DNA of 64,000 bases from Octopus vulgaris (GCA_951406725.2 OX597838.1:30318001-30382000); one strand, 5' to 3'; positions 29,331 to 43,128 are shown, counted from the first letter of the stretch. Program-made: numbers and translations. Notes: generated by a model from the letters alone, not told the origin.

Positions 29331-30939
29331 ACCCCTTCCTCCGTCTCTGTCAGCGTGATTCCACCCATCTGTTGAACTATATCTACATCCACCTTAAGCA
29401 AGCATCGGTAGAATGTTCGCCTGCCACGCGGACGGCCGTGTTCGATTCCCGGACGATGCAATCTGTCAAGGCGGCGAGCTGGCAGAAACGTTAGCACGCT
29501 GGGCGAAATACTTTGCGGCATTTCGCCTGCCGCTACGTTCTGAGTTCAAATTCCGCCGAGGTCGACTTTGCCTTTCACCCTTTTGAGGTCGATAAATTAA
29601 GTACCAGTTACGCACTGGGGTCGATGTAATCGACTTAATCCGTTTGTCTGTCCTTGTTTGTCCCCTCTGTGTTTAGCCCCTTGTGGGTAGTAAAGAAATA
29701 TATATCTACATCCACCTATATACAAATATACGTAGGCAGGTGTACCATCATAGACATACAAATCTATTTCGGTTCTTGGAAGAGGCTTTAGTGTGTTTGC
29801 GCAATTAATCCGGTCGGAACATTTAAAGGGTGAAGCATATCGCTTAAAGGTTGACTGCTCTTACAACATAGTACTCCACCATTACTACCACCACCTGAGT
29901 GGAGGCGCAATGGCCCAGTGGTTAGGGCAGCGGACTCGCGGTCATAGGATCGCGGTTTCGATTCCCAGACCGGGCTCCACGAGTCTCCGGCAGGGGATGG
30001 TGGTGAACCCTGCTGTACTCTTTCACCACAACTTTCTCTCACTCTTACTTCCTGTTTCTGTTGTACCTGTATTTCAAAGGGCCGGCCTTGTCACTCTTTG
30101 TGTCACGCTGAATATCCCCGAGAACTACGTTAAGGGTACACGTGTCTGTGGAGTGCTCAGCCACTTACACGTTAATTCCACGAGCAGGCTGTTCCGTTGA
30201 TCGTATCAGCTGGGACCTTCATCGTCGTAACCGACGGAGTGCTCCTCCTATACCACCACCTGATGCTCGGATACCTTTGACTGGGTGCACTCTGTTGCAG
30301 GCATTGGACCCCGTCTGCAATATCAGGGGAGATAACTCGATACCTTGATGTAGAAGCAACTTACAATCCATCCAGGAAATTGTTATATGATCAGGACACC
30401 TTCTAGAAATAGCAGCCAAATCACTCCCAAGTCATACCCTACTGACTTAGAAAATATTAAAAGAAAGGAAGGCGCATGTATTAGATAATGGAGCCACATT
30501 GTATATGAAGGAAAGACGCGATGGTCACACATGGAGCAGCTTTAGTTGTAAATTTATTCGATCAGAGCTGTCCTAGATTATGAACACCTAAATACACTAT
30601 AAATGAATAAAAGAGGGTAAGGTCATGGCTGGAACGCTTTTGATCATAGGTAGGTCTACGTGTTCGGAGCTGACCTAGGGTTAAACAACAAGAAAAGAAA
30701 TATCCAGGTAATGAAACCCTAAACACATAATATCTGGATATACGATGGGATGGTCATGGCTGAAACACTTTTGAGGTGACTTGAAGCCAAACAACATTAA
30801 GAATATTATTACCAAATACTATATCTTCCCCCTCCTTCCCACCTCCTCACCCCTATTTGGGGTGCTTCATCAGAAACGGCGTACCCGTTTCTTTCTGTCC
30901 ACGGAGAGAGACTGTACTTTAATATATATGCAAAACAAG

Positions 30940-31742
30940 GTGGCAAGCAGGCGGAAACGTTAGCATGCCAAGTGAAATGCTTAGCAGTATTTCGTCTGTC
31001 TTTACGTTCTGCGTTCAAATTCTGCCGAGGTCGGCTTTGCCTTTCTTCCTTTCGGAGTCGATAAATTAAGTACCAGCTGCGTACTGGGGTCGAGCTAATC
31101 GACTGACTCACTCTCCCAAAATTTCGGGCCTTTTTACCTCGAATAGAAAAGATTATATAGAATCACGGCGGAATCGTTAATCACGCTGGGCGAAATGCTT
31201 TGCGGTATTTCGTCTGCCGCTAAGTTCTGAGTTCAAATTCCGCCGAGGTCTACTTTGTCTTTCATCCTTTCGGGGTCGATTAAATAAGTACTTGTTACGC
31301 ACTGATGTCGATATAATCGACTTATTCCGTTTGTCTGTTCTCGTTTGTCCTCTCTGTGTTTAGCCCCTTGTGGGTAGTAAAGAAATCGGTATTTCGTCTG
31401 CCGCTACGTTCTGAGTTCAAATTCCGCCGAGGTCCACTTTGTCTTTCATACTTTCGGGGTCGATTAAATAAGTACTTGTTACGTACTGGGGTCGATATAA
31501 TCGACTTAATCCGTTTGTCTGTCCTTGTTTGTCCTCTCTGTGTTTAGCTCCTTGTGGGTAGTAAAGAAATAGGTATTTCGTCTGCCATTACGTGCTGAGC
31601 TCAAATTCCGCCGAGGTCGACTTTGCCTTTCATCCTTTCGGGGTCGATAAATTAAGTACCACTTGTGTACTGGAGCCGATCTGATCGACTGGCCCCCTTC
31701 CCACCAAAATTTCGAGCTTTGTGCCTTTAGTAGAAAGGATTA
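30940..31742 (+). mobile_element. Cluster and tandem array of the same SINE family
   Basis: Four body units. Confidence 0.8.
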
Positions 31743-32284
31743 TAGAAACATTTCTCATGGCCCCAGCAGACAAGATGGAAAAGGTACTGTATCGGAGGAT
31801 AGCGAGGGAGATGCGCTGAAACATCCACTTTGACTCACAGAGTTCGCACTCGCGGATAACAATCTCTACCCCGATGGTGGTGAGCAGGGATATGGTCCGG
31901 GGGGCTAAGAACACCGGGGATCTCAACTGCCACAGACTCGACCATGAACCTATCGGAGAGCGGGTTCGATACCGTGACAGTATTTTTCTCTGAGCCTGAC
32001 GAGCAGCGGAGCCTGAGTTGGAAGCTGACAGCATCAAGTTACCGCTGAAGAAGGTTCCACAGCATGTGGGTATCCCAGATGAGGGGCGGGAAGCCTATCG
32101 CCATGGCACGGAGTAATTGCCACACCGTCCGGCGTTCTACCGTCCCCTCGGTCTAACCCCACTGGCTCGAGCTAGAAAGGGAAGCTTGAGGCATCGAAGC
32201 CGTAATCCAAGTTTGTGACTGAATTTGAAGTAAAAAATGGAGATACAGAAAAGCCACAAAAAATTCCGAGCGAATTGACAAACT

Positions 32285-32545
32285 GGCTGCCTGCCCGCTG
32301 CCTACCCGCAGCCCGCAACATGCCCGCTGCCTACCCGCAGCTCGAAGCCCGCAACCTGCCGGTACCTACCTACTCCCTGCTCGCAGCTTGCAGTCTGCAA
32401 CCTGCAGCCCGCTGTCTGTCCGCAGCCCGCAGCCCACTGCCTGCTTACTGCCTGCATGCTACCTACCCGCAGCCCGCAACCCGCATTCCGCAGCCGGCCG
32501 CAGCCCGCATCCTGCAGCCCAACCCGCTGCCCTATCCGCACAGCC
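32285..32545. repeat. Degenerate GC-rich short-period minisatellite (gcagccc/gctgcct units)
   Basis: Direct reading. Confidence 0.7.
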
Positions 32546-33510
32546 ATCAATGTCATTCTCAACAACGCGATCCATTAATTAATATGACTATTATTAAATG
32601 AGGGACCGCACCTCTTATTATTTCGCTTTGACGCAGAGGAGGGTGCATGGTGATGATGGCCGTGGTGGTGGAGGCGGTGGTGGAGGCGGTGGTGGAGGTG
32701 GTGGTGGAGGTGGTGGTGGAAGCAGTGATGGTGGGGGTAGTTATGATAATGATGATAATAATGATGGTGGTGGTGGTGGTGATGGTGGTAGTGATGGTGG
32801 TGACGGCGGCGGTGGTGGTGGTAACAGTTACGGTGATGGAGAAGGTGATGGTAGTGGTGGTGGTGGTGGTGGTGGTGGTAATCATTAGAAACAGCATTGG
32901 CGACGTTTATTGTTGTGGCGGTGGTAGACGAAGTGACAGCAGTGGTAGTAATATCGGTGGTAGTGGTGGTAGTGGTGGAGGTGATAGAGGTGATGGTGGG
33001 GTGGTGGTAGTGGTAGTTGTGGTGGTGGTGGTGGTGGTAGTGGTAGTTGTGGTGTAGGTGGTGGAGATGATGATGATGATGACGATGATTGCTGGGGTTG
33101 TTGTTGTTTTTGTTGGTATGGTATGTAGGATGATAGTGGTAATAGGGTCGGACGGTGGTGGTGGTGGTGGTGGTGGTGGTGGTGGTGGTGTTTGGCGGTG
33201 GCGGCAGTTGGGGGGGGAGGTCGATTTTCCAGTCCCTCCAACCCCACCCTTTTATCTCCACTCCCCGCCATCTACAATTATGTTAATTATTCTTGAATAC
33301 ATACATAAAAATACACACACACACACACACACACACATACATACATACATACATACATACATACATACATACATACATACATACAAATACACACACATAC
33401 ACACACACATATATACATACATACACACATGCATATACATATATATACATATATATATCTATATAGATATACATATGCACACATACACACACATATACAT
33501 ACATATATAC

Positions 33511-33564
<54 letters not shown>

Positions 33565-33890
33565 TATACATATGTATACACACGTTTGTATATGCAAACG
33601 TGTGAAGTGTGTCATATAGCAGTGGACAATTAACACTAATTATGTAATAAATAAAGTCATTAAGTGAACAGTGATGTTATCAGCGACAGCAACTGCTACC
33701 GCTGCTACTACTGCTACTACTGCTGCTGCTGCTGCTACTGAAACAAATAAAAAAAATATACAGAAAGCAACAACAACAACAACAACAACAACAAACACAG
33801 ACAGTTCTGACAACAGTAGCCATAGCTACAACAACAACGACCAGGACAGCAACAACAGCGCCATCTGTAGCAGCCGATTAAAGTGACAAT

Positions 33891-33921
<31 letters not shown>

Positions 33922-34322
33922 GCAAGAACAATAACAAAGACATTGATTTGGACCGTCGGTAAGAGGTGGGGGCCGTTACTTTGTCGCTGTTCAAGAAGGA
34001 ACCCAAATCTCCCTTAAATCACAGAGAGAGAGGAGAGAGAAAGACAGAGAAAGAGAGAGAAATGAAAGGGAGAGAGAGAAAGAGAGAGATCCCTGGTCAC
34101 ACCCTGGTGGGCTGGGGCTGAGAGGAAGAACACATTCTTATCAGCCCCACCCCCTCATTAACTTTGTAATGTTCCTTCATCCTTTCATCTGTGGTAAATA
34201 AAGGCTGGTCTAATGTTTAAATTAGGAACGATATCGTAACAACATCTGGGCGAGGGTTCGTCCATTTGGCGGTCAGGGTAATCATGGATCGGTCGAGTTC
34301 CCGGAAGTGTTCATATTTGTGT

Positions 34323-34378
<56 letters not shown>

Positions 34379-35034
34379 GTTGCGTAAGCTTTTATTTCAT
34401 ATCATCATCTTTCCCTTACATCCACACCGATGTCGCTGCTACAGTGTTAACCTTAGAATCTATCTAAGGCGCAGGAGTGGCTGTGTGGTAAGTAGCTTGC
34501 TAACCAGCCACATGGTTCCGGGTAAAGTCCCACTGCGTGGCATCTTGGGCAAGTGTCTTCTGTTATAGCCCCGGGCCAACCAATGCCTTGTGAGTGGATT
34601 TGGTAGACGGAAACTAAAAGAAACCTGTCGTATATATGTATATATATGTATATATATGTATATATATATGTATATATATATATGTATATATATGTATATA
34701 TATATGTATATATATGTATATATATGTATATATATATGTATATATATGTATATATATGTATATATATGTATATATATGTATATATATGTATATATGTATA
34801 TATATGTATATATATGTATATATATGTATGCGTGTGTGTTTGTCCTCCTAGCATTGCTTGACAACCGATGCTGGTGTGTTTACGTCCCCATCACTTAGCG
34901 GTTCGGCAAAAGAGACCGATGGAATAAGTCCTGGGCTTACAAAGAATAAGTCCCGGGGTCGATTTGCTCGACTAAAGGCGGTGCTCCAGCATGGCCCCAG
35001 TGAAATGACTGAAACAAGTAAAAAGAGTAGAGAG

Positions 35035-35285
35035 TATCTGGTTTTCAGATTCCCAAACAGTTCCAGGTCATCCGTAAACAGAAGTTGGTTTATGAAAGGG
35101 TCTTTCTTTCCGCATTGGTAACCCATTTCAGCTTCTCTAAGTGTCAGATGTTAGAGATATAAGTACTTTGACAAATAGCAATGGTGAAATGAAGGCACCT
35201 TGGAAGATACCCCTTTTAGTTTCTAATTTCCCAAGGAATAAATTACCCGACTACAACTTGGTCTTCCACGCTGGTATATTAATCT
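35035..35285 (-). mobile_element. R4-like reverse transcriptase fragment
   Basis: KRGIFQGAFISPLLF and INQLLFTDDLELFG (RT motifs around the YxDD site). Confidence 0.75.
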
Positions 35286-35299
35286 ATACAAGTACTTAT

Positions 35300-35556
35300 T
35301 ATTCAGTAGTTTTATTTTTATAACGTGCTTTCTTTTCACTACCGAGCGCATCTCTGTGTACCCTGGGTATGTGCTATGCTTTGCTGTGATGCTCTTATGG
35401 TTATTGTATTGAAAATGTTTTACGTGGGATGTGTGCAGTACCTAGTAGTGCTATTTTCTGTATGTTATATATATTTCTGAGTCCTGGTGTTTTTGTTATG
35501 TATTGGTCTGAATATTGTTTGATCATACCTAATGCGCCCACTATGATAAGAATTGC
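35300..35556 (-). mobile_element. Dong/R4-like 3' end adjoining (TAA)n
   Basis: Reverse-complement match to 60965-61220. Confidence 0.8.
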
Positions 35557-35873
<317 letters not shown>

Positions 35874-36380
35874 GAGTGAGAGAGCAACGTATGCCATCAA
35901 AGTGACACTGGGTTAAAATATACGAAGTCCAGTACACCCATCATGACTACCCGTCTGATAAGGGTACACCAGGCACATGCATCACAACCATATGTGCGTG
36001 ACATGGTGATCTCATATCAAGATTGACAGCGAATGACCTTGCAAATGGGGCCCAGTTAGAATTTTCTTCTGGTCGAGTAGCTCATCCCGCTCAAAAGGTC
36101 CCTGAATAAGGGTTGTTTAAGGATGATGAACGAAACACCCATGTTCCCAGAGGTGAATTATTCAAACCCCAAAGAATTCCTCTCAGCACATGGCTATGAT
36201 GCTCCCCCACTACATCTGCTCATGATCAGAGATGCACATATCGTCAGTCACTAAGGTACGTGTTCAACTGGTTAAGGTCAAACAACTGACAAACAAATCT
36301 GTGGTATTGAGCAGAATATTTGCTGTAGCCCATCTTTTATACCAAGACAAAGCAAAGTACATGATAACACTTCCAATCAT
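35874..36380 (-). mobile_element. Same (TAA)n-associated retroposon, truncated
   Basis: High similarity to the 11171 copy. Confidence 0.8.
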
Positions 36381-36925
36381 TTAATATCATTATTATTATT
36401 ATTATTACTATTATTACTATTATTACTATTATTATTAAAGCGGCCAATTGGCAGAATCGTTAGCAAGCTGGACAAAGCATTGAGTGGCAGTTCGTCCGTG
36501 TTTACGTTCTGAGTTCAAATTCCATCGGGGTCAACTTTGCTTTTCATTATTTCGGAGATCGATAAAATAAGTGCTGGGGATCGAAGTAATCGACTCGACC
36601 CCCCATACCCCCCCCACCACCACCACCAAAAAAAATATCAGGCCTTGTGCCTATAGCTGTAAGGCTTTATGATCATCATCATCATCATTGTCGGATAAGT
36701 AGAATCATTTGAGCACCAGCAAAAGAAAAAAAAAAGAAGAAAAAAAACCATGCCTTGCGATATTTGCTTTCCGCGTTTTTTTGAGTTCAAATCCGACCTT
36801 TCATCCCTAACGTGGGTCGACAAAAATAAGCAAGCAAAGACTGAAGTCGAATTAATCTGTTTACCCTCCCATCAAAATCGTCGGCCTCGTGCCTAATTCA
36901 AAAACAACCATCATCATCATCATCA

Positions 36926-36974
<49 letters not shown>

Positions 36975-37096
36975 TACTATTATTATTATTTTTACTATTA
37001 TTATTATTATTATTATTATTGAGTGAGCGAGCAGAGCATATCAAAGTGACACTGGGGTAAAATATACGAAGCCCAGTATACCCATATTGTTACTAC

Positions 37097-37183
<87 letters not shown>

Positions 37184-37207
37184 TATTATTGTTACTACTA
37201 CTACTAA

Positions 37208-37246
<39 letters not shown>

Positions 37247-37264
37247 TATTGTTACTACTACTAC

Positions 37265-37312
<48 letters not shown>

Positions 37313-37344
37313 TATTATTGTTACTACTACTACTACTATTATTA

Positions 37345-37410
<66 letters not shown>

Positions 37411-38199
37411 TATTATTGTTACTACTACTACTACTATTATTATTATTATTATTATTACTACTACTACTATTATTATTATTATTATTATTTATTTTTATTG
37501 TTGTCGTTACTGTTATTATGACGTTGATTATTATTAAAAGAAATTATCATTATCATTATTATTATTATTGTAATTGTCGTTATTGTTGCAGTTAAATTTG
37601 TTGTTCTCGTTGCCTCCGAAAATTCCTTAATTCCGTCTTTATACTTTTCCGTTGATGTTCGTTTTAAAGGGCGTTGTTAAGTTCAGAACAATATATACCC
37701 CGGGTACCCTTGTCAATCACTTCATAACAACAGCAGCTCGGATTTAAAGGTCGCAATAATAACTAATAATTAATAACGACGACGACGACGAGATAATGAT
37801 GATGATGATGATGATGATAATGACGATGACGATGACGACGACGACGACGACGACAACGATAAGGCTGACATGTTTGTGTGTGTGTAAGTATATATATATA
37901 TATATATATATATATAACCGATGCTGGTGTGTTTACGTCCCCGTCACTTAGCGGTTCGGCAAAAAGAGACTGATAGAATAAGTACTGGGCTTACAAAAAA
38001 AGAATTAGTCCCGGGGTCGAGTTGCTCGACTAAAGGCGGTGCTCCAGCATGGCCGCAGTCAAATGACTGAAACAAGTAAAAGAGTAAAAGAGAATATATA
38101 TATAAAGTTAATCCAAACAAGAAAACAAAAAACAACAACGCAAGGATGTGGAACAAATATAGTATTATTGGACGCTCAGGAAAGAAGGGAAGAAGGAGG

Positions 38200-38234
38200 G
38201 TTTGACGTTTCGAGCGGAGCGCTTCGTCGGAAAC
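38200..38234 (-). ncRNA. Atypical minimal hammerhead-like motif
   Basis: GTTT-CCGACGAA-GCGC-TCC-GCTC-GAAAC-GTC-AAAC; stem I covaries relative to the 3507/42399 copies. Confidence 0.45.
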
Positions 38235-38352
38235 ATAGGAGAAAGAAACATCCCGAGAAGGGAAAAAAAAAAAAAAAAAAATTGCAGGTAGTCTACACGA
38301 GGTCACATACTAAAAGGACGGAAGTGGTCAAAAGGAAGGAAAAGTGTTTTTT

Positions 38353-38397
<45 letters not shown>

Positions 38398-38402
<5 letters not shown>

Positions 38403-38774
38403 ATATAAACGGCAGTTTGTCTGTGCGTGTTTCTGTGTGTCTGTTTGCTTGTACCCTCACCCTGACCACGGCTTTCAACCGATTCTGATGAAACTTGACA
38501 CACACATAGCCCAATGTCATAATTCAAAACTAACGCAGCGAAAATTTTGAAAAGTTTCCCCAGTTCTGAAAAAAATCGATAAATGCGACATGGGGTCGAG
38601 AATCAGAAACACGAACCACAAACTGTCTAGGGGACGGAACTCCACCTTTTTTAAATCTCAAAAAAAAATTTACCATCATTTTTTTCCATTTTTTTTCTAT
38701 TTTTTGGCTATAACTCTCTAAAAATGCTTTATAGTTATTTCCCTTACAAACCTGAGCAACGCCGGGCGATACTG

Positions 38775-38778
<4 letters not shown>
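38398..38778 (+). mobile_element. Non-autonomous Helitron family B
   Basis: Near-identical to the 13355 copy; inserted in (TA)n. Confidence 0.8.
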
Positions 38779-38805
<27 letters not shown>

Positions 38806-38806
<1 letters not shown>

Positions 38807-39150
38807 CTCAGTGGTTAGAGCGTCGGGCTCGCACTCGATTCTCGGTCCGGGATGTTTGTTGTGTTGTGTTCTTGAGCAAGACTCTTTACTTCACGTTGCT
38901 CCAGTTCACTCAGCTGTAGAAAATGAGTTGCGACGTCACTGGTGCCAAGTTGTATCGGGGCCCCTTTGTCTTTCCCTTGGATAACATTAGTGGCATGGAA
39001 AGAGGACACTGGTATGTAGTGGCATGGAGAGGGAGAGGCTGGTATGCATGGGTGACTGCTGGTCTTACACAAACAACCTTGCCCGGACTTGTGCCTCGGA
39101 GGGAAACTTTCTTGGTGCAATCCCATGGTCATTCATGACCGAAAGAAGTC
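38806..39150 (+). mobile_element. CORE-type tRNA SINE, second family
   Basis: gctcagtggttagagcgtcg head, tgttcttgagcaag core; related copies 7538-7775, 1868-2105, 10670-10810(-), 52878-53122(-). Confidence 0.75.
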
Positions 39151-39216
39151 TTTATCATTATAGATGTACATATATAAATATACAGATGTTTGTGTGCGTG
39201 CGTGCGTGTGTGTGTG

Positions 39217-39288
<72 letters not shown>

Positions 39289-39349
39289 TATATATATGGA
39301 AATGTATATCTGCATATATGTGTGCATATACAATATATATGCGTATATA

Positions 39350-40631
39350 TCAGGTCATTCCATAAGTTCTGTACGAATTTTGAATAAAGAAAACAAGTGA
39401 TCAAAGTTATATTTAATAGAAATTTAATCATCAATGTACTTTCCCTGATTATCTATGACTTCCTTCCATCTATTTACAAGCTTTTTAATCCCATCAATGT
39501 AAAACTCTTTGGGTTTCAAAGCGAAGAACTCTGAAATGTCAGTTTTCGACCTCCTAGATGCGAAAGTTATGTCTACCAAATGATTCTGTAAACTACGAAA
39601 CAAATGGTAGTCTGAAGGAGCAAGGTCGGGAGAATAAGGTGGATGAGGAATTTTTTCCCAACCAAGCCCTTCGATCTTCTGTGATGTGATCTTTGAAATA
39701 TGGGGTCGCGCATTTTCCTGATGAAACATCACTCCTTTTCAATTCACTATAGCGGGTCTTTTTTTCTTCAAAGCTTGGTTCAAACGCTTTAATTGCTGAC
39801 AGTAGACTTGAGCATTGATTGTTGCATTAGGTGGTAACAATTCAAAGTGAGTTACTCCATTGCAATCCCACCAGATAGAGAGAAGTGCCTTTTACCCATG
39901 AAGTTCCTTTCTCGGTTGTGATTGAGTTTTTTTCCTTTTTACCAAGCCACTGTTTACGACGTTTAACATTTCGATAGAAGATCCATTTTTCGTCACCAGT
40001 CACAAGTCTATCCAAAAAAGGGTGAAATGAGTTCGTGAGAATGGAGAGAAGAGCAGATGTTGACTCGGGATTTGCGGCTGCTTTCGGACAATTCATGAGG
40101 CACCCATTTTCCAAATTTAGGAACCTTTCCGAGTTGTTGAAGATGACGATGAACAGTTGTATGGTTTGAACTAAGCTTTATTGCCAATTCTTCAATTGAT
40201 AATGCAGGATTTTCTTCAAGTAATTCCTCAAAGAGCTTATCATCAAACTCAAATGGACATCCTGTTCGATCTTCATCTCCAAGGCTGAAATCTCCACTTC
40301 TTAATTTTGCGAACCATATTCTGCAAGTTCTCTCATTCAAGCATTCTTTCCAATAAACCGAGTGTATGTTTCGAGTCGCTTTGGCTGCAGAGTTTCCTTT
40401 TTTGTACTCATAAAGCATTATGTACCTCAAATGCTCTTTGGATACTTCCATGTTAGAAAGGGTTTTAACCAAAGAAATTTTAATTCTATTATTCTGTAAA
40501 ATAATATTTAATTAGCTTAAATGTACACAAATGCATAAAAATAATTTTAAATTCCATTGGGCATTCTGAAATACTATTAAATTTCATTCAGTTTTAAAAA
40601 TGGTAAAATCGGACAGAACTTATGGGATGAC

Positions 40632-40635
<4 letters not shown>
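39350..40635 (-). mobile_element. Mariner transposon, full length, frameshifted transposase
   Basis: TIRs tcaggtcattccataagttctgt / acagaacttatgggatgacctga in TA context; motifs WVPHEL, LVTGDEKW, HQENARPH, YSPDLAPSDYHLF spread over several frames. Confidence 0.95.
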
Positions 40636-40702
<67 letters not shown>

Positions 40703-40751
40703 AAACAAGTCAAAAATAGAAAATGCTAAAATAATTTTATAGTGAACATTT

Positions 40752-40789
40752 CAGTACCGGTTTCGGTCATTTTGAGACCTTTTCAACTG
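40752..40789 (-). ncRNA. Minimal type I hammerhead motif, U3-A8 core variant
   Basis: Minus strand: CAG-TTGAAAA-GGTC-TCAAAAT-GACC-GAAAC-CG-GTA-CTG; palindromic stem III ACCGGT. Confidence 0.75.
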
Positions 40790-41314
40790 TAACGATTAAA
40801 TAATTAAATTTAGAAAAATTAGAAGAAAAGTTTTTTTAAAGGAATATTTCTATAGTAGTGTTCAGATTTAAGTGGCATTCTGCCTTTCTCTGACTCCCTT
40901 GTTTGCACTTGTGTGTTGGAGGTCGTTGTGAGTTCTTGGTAGGGTAGTAGAGGAAGAAGGCTGGTGAGGAAAGGGGGTGGGAGAATCTGGGAGTGCCCTG
41001 ATGGTCGTATTTTGAATGGTCAGTGGCCTGTATTTTGCAATAAAGAGAGTTTCTTTACTTATTCGTTGTCTCGAGGTTGTATCGTCCCTAAATTGGTAGA
41101 GGGGGAAAATCCTGAAGCTTGGTGTTTTTTTGTTGGCGCAAGTATCTATGTGTTGGCTAAAAGCTATTTTTCTGTTTTGGGGAATTTTTATCTGGGATCT
41201 GTGCAGGGCCATTCGTTTAGGCAGAATGCCACTTAAATCTGAACACTACTATAGAAATATTCCTTTAAAAAAACTTTTCTTCTAATTTTTCTAAATTTAA
41301 TTATTTAATCGTTA

Positions 41315-41352
41315 CAGTTGAAAAGGTCTCAAAATGGCCGAAACCGGTACTG
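41315..41352 (+). ncRNA. Minimal type I hammerhead motif, U3-A8 variant (inverted copy)
   Basis: CAG-TTGAAAA-GGTC-TCAAAAT-GGCC-GAAAC-CG-GTA-CTG. Confidence 0.72.
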
Positions 41353-41435
41353 AAATGTTCACTATAAAATTATTTTAGCATTTTCTATTTTTGACTTGTT
41401 TTTTCATATATATCAACTCGTGTGTTCCTTTTCAC

Positions 41436-41470
<35 letters not shown>

Positions 41471-42014
41471 ACAGATAAAGTGTGAAATATAATTAATTTA
41501 ATAAAATCAATAAATTTCACCTAATAGTATTTTTCGGTATGGTAAAGGACCATATTCGGTAAAAATTTATATAATTATAACAGGGGTTTTTTGCAACAAG
41601 TTGTTTAAACCACATACCGAAAATATATTTCTAATATTTTCAGTATGCAACTTGTTGCAAAAAAACCCTATTATAATTGTGCCTTAATACATTCACCGGT
41701 AAAATTTCCATTTTTTTTTTCTTATTTTTATTGTCCTAACATTTTCGTTGCGTCTTGCAACCTTTTCAATAGTTTTGACTCATTGTTGGATGCTTGGAAA
41801 TTGTGTGCCAAAGAAGGAGAGTCAAGACTATTGAAAAGTTTGAAAGACGCGACGAAAATTTTAGGACAATAAAAATAAGAAAAAAGTGGAAATTTTACCG
41901 GTAAGTGTGTTAAATAATAAGGCACAAAAAGAAAATTACTCTCCCCAGACACATCAGAATATGCTTCAACACACGAACTCGTATAAAGAATCTTGCAAAC
42001 CAAATCCCAAAACG

Positions 42015-42106
<92 letters not shown>

Positions 42107-42398
42107 GTATAAGCAATATATTTAGTATATTTATGTTGACTCTGTTAATGGAAACACATCGAACCGAGCTTCAAATGACATCAGGGAACTACCAGACATA
42201 GTGGTTAGGCATAATTTCGCCCCCTCAATAATGTTTTGTTATTTGCAGCAAGGCTGGAATGTGTGTTCCTATAAACAGGAAACATTGTATATATATATAT
42301 AACGGGAAGCTTTATGAAAATAAACAAAAGACGAAGGCAGGTGGAGTACAAACAAACAATTGTATTAGTATGGCGCTCAGGAATAGAAATAAAACAAG

Positions 42399-42436
42399 TC
42401 TTTTACGTTTCGAGCCTACGCTCTTCAACAGAAAGA
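42399..42436 (-). ncRNA. Atypical minimal hammerhead-like motif (same family as 3507)
   Basis: TCTTT-CTGTTGAA-GAGC-GTAG-GCTC-GAAAC-GTA-AAAGA. Confidence 0.5.
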
Positions 42437-42501
42437 TACACAGAAAAGAAACACGGAGAGAAACAAAGAGAGAAAAACAATGCGTGCAGAAGCTAGCGAA
42501 T

Positions 42502-42557
<56 letters not shown>

Positions 42558-42562
42558 GTACG

Positions 42563-42820
42563 CTATGTGGACGCCCTTACGCTAAAAAGAGATCCGCGTG
42601 AGTCTCAACCACTAAGAAGAGACTCACGCGGATCTCTTTTAGCGTAAGGGCGTCCACGTAGTGGATTCTCTCTCATATTTATGTATTAATAATATTTACT
42701 GAATCTCAGTTTTTTATGCGCTAAACCACTGGTGTTAAATTGGTGTTATTAAACTAATATCCAATTTTTCACCCTCATTTTGACTATATATATATATATA
42801 TTATTCATATATATATATAC

Positions 42821-42869
<49 letters not shown>

Positions 42870-43128
42870 GTATATATATGAATATATATATATATATATA
42901 TATATAGTCAAAATGAGGGTGAAAAATTGGATATTAGTTTAATAACACCAATTTAACACCAGTGGTTTAGCGCATAAAAAACTGAGATTCAGTAAATATT
43001 ATCAATACATAAATATGAGAGAGAATCCACTATGTGGACGCCCTTACGCTAAAAAGAGATCCGCGTGAGTCTCTTCTTAGTGGTTGAGACTCACGCGGAT
43101 CTCTTTTTAGCGTAAGGGCGTCCACATA
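42563..43128. repeat. Nested palindrome: two fold-back units inverted around a TA spacer
   Basis: 42563-42788 is the reverse complement of 42903-43128; each unit ends in a ~43-bp hairpin with loop aaccactaagaa / ttcttagtggtt. Confidence 0.85.

Larger units (their letters stand above)
40691..41437 (-). mobile_element. 5'-truncated Penelope-like element with inverted pseudo-LTR
   Basis: Arms 40699-40885 and 41219-41405 are inverted repeats with one mismatch seen, each carrying a hammerhead motif. The spacer encodes KRMALHRSQIK...FSQHIDTC...FRIFPLYQ...RISKETLFIAKYRP, resembling a GIY-YIG endonuclease C-terminus. Flanked by (TA)n. Confidence 0.8.
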
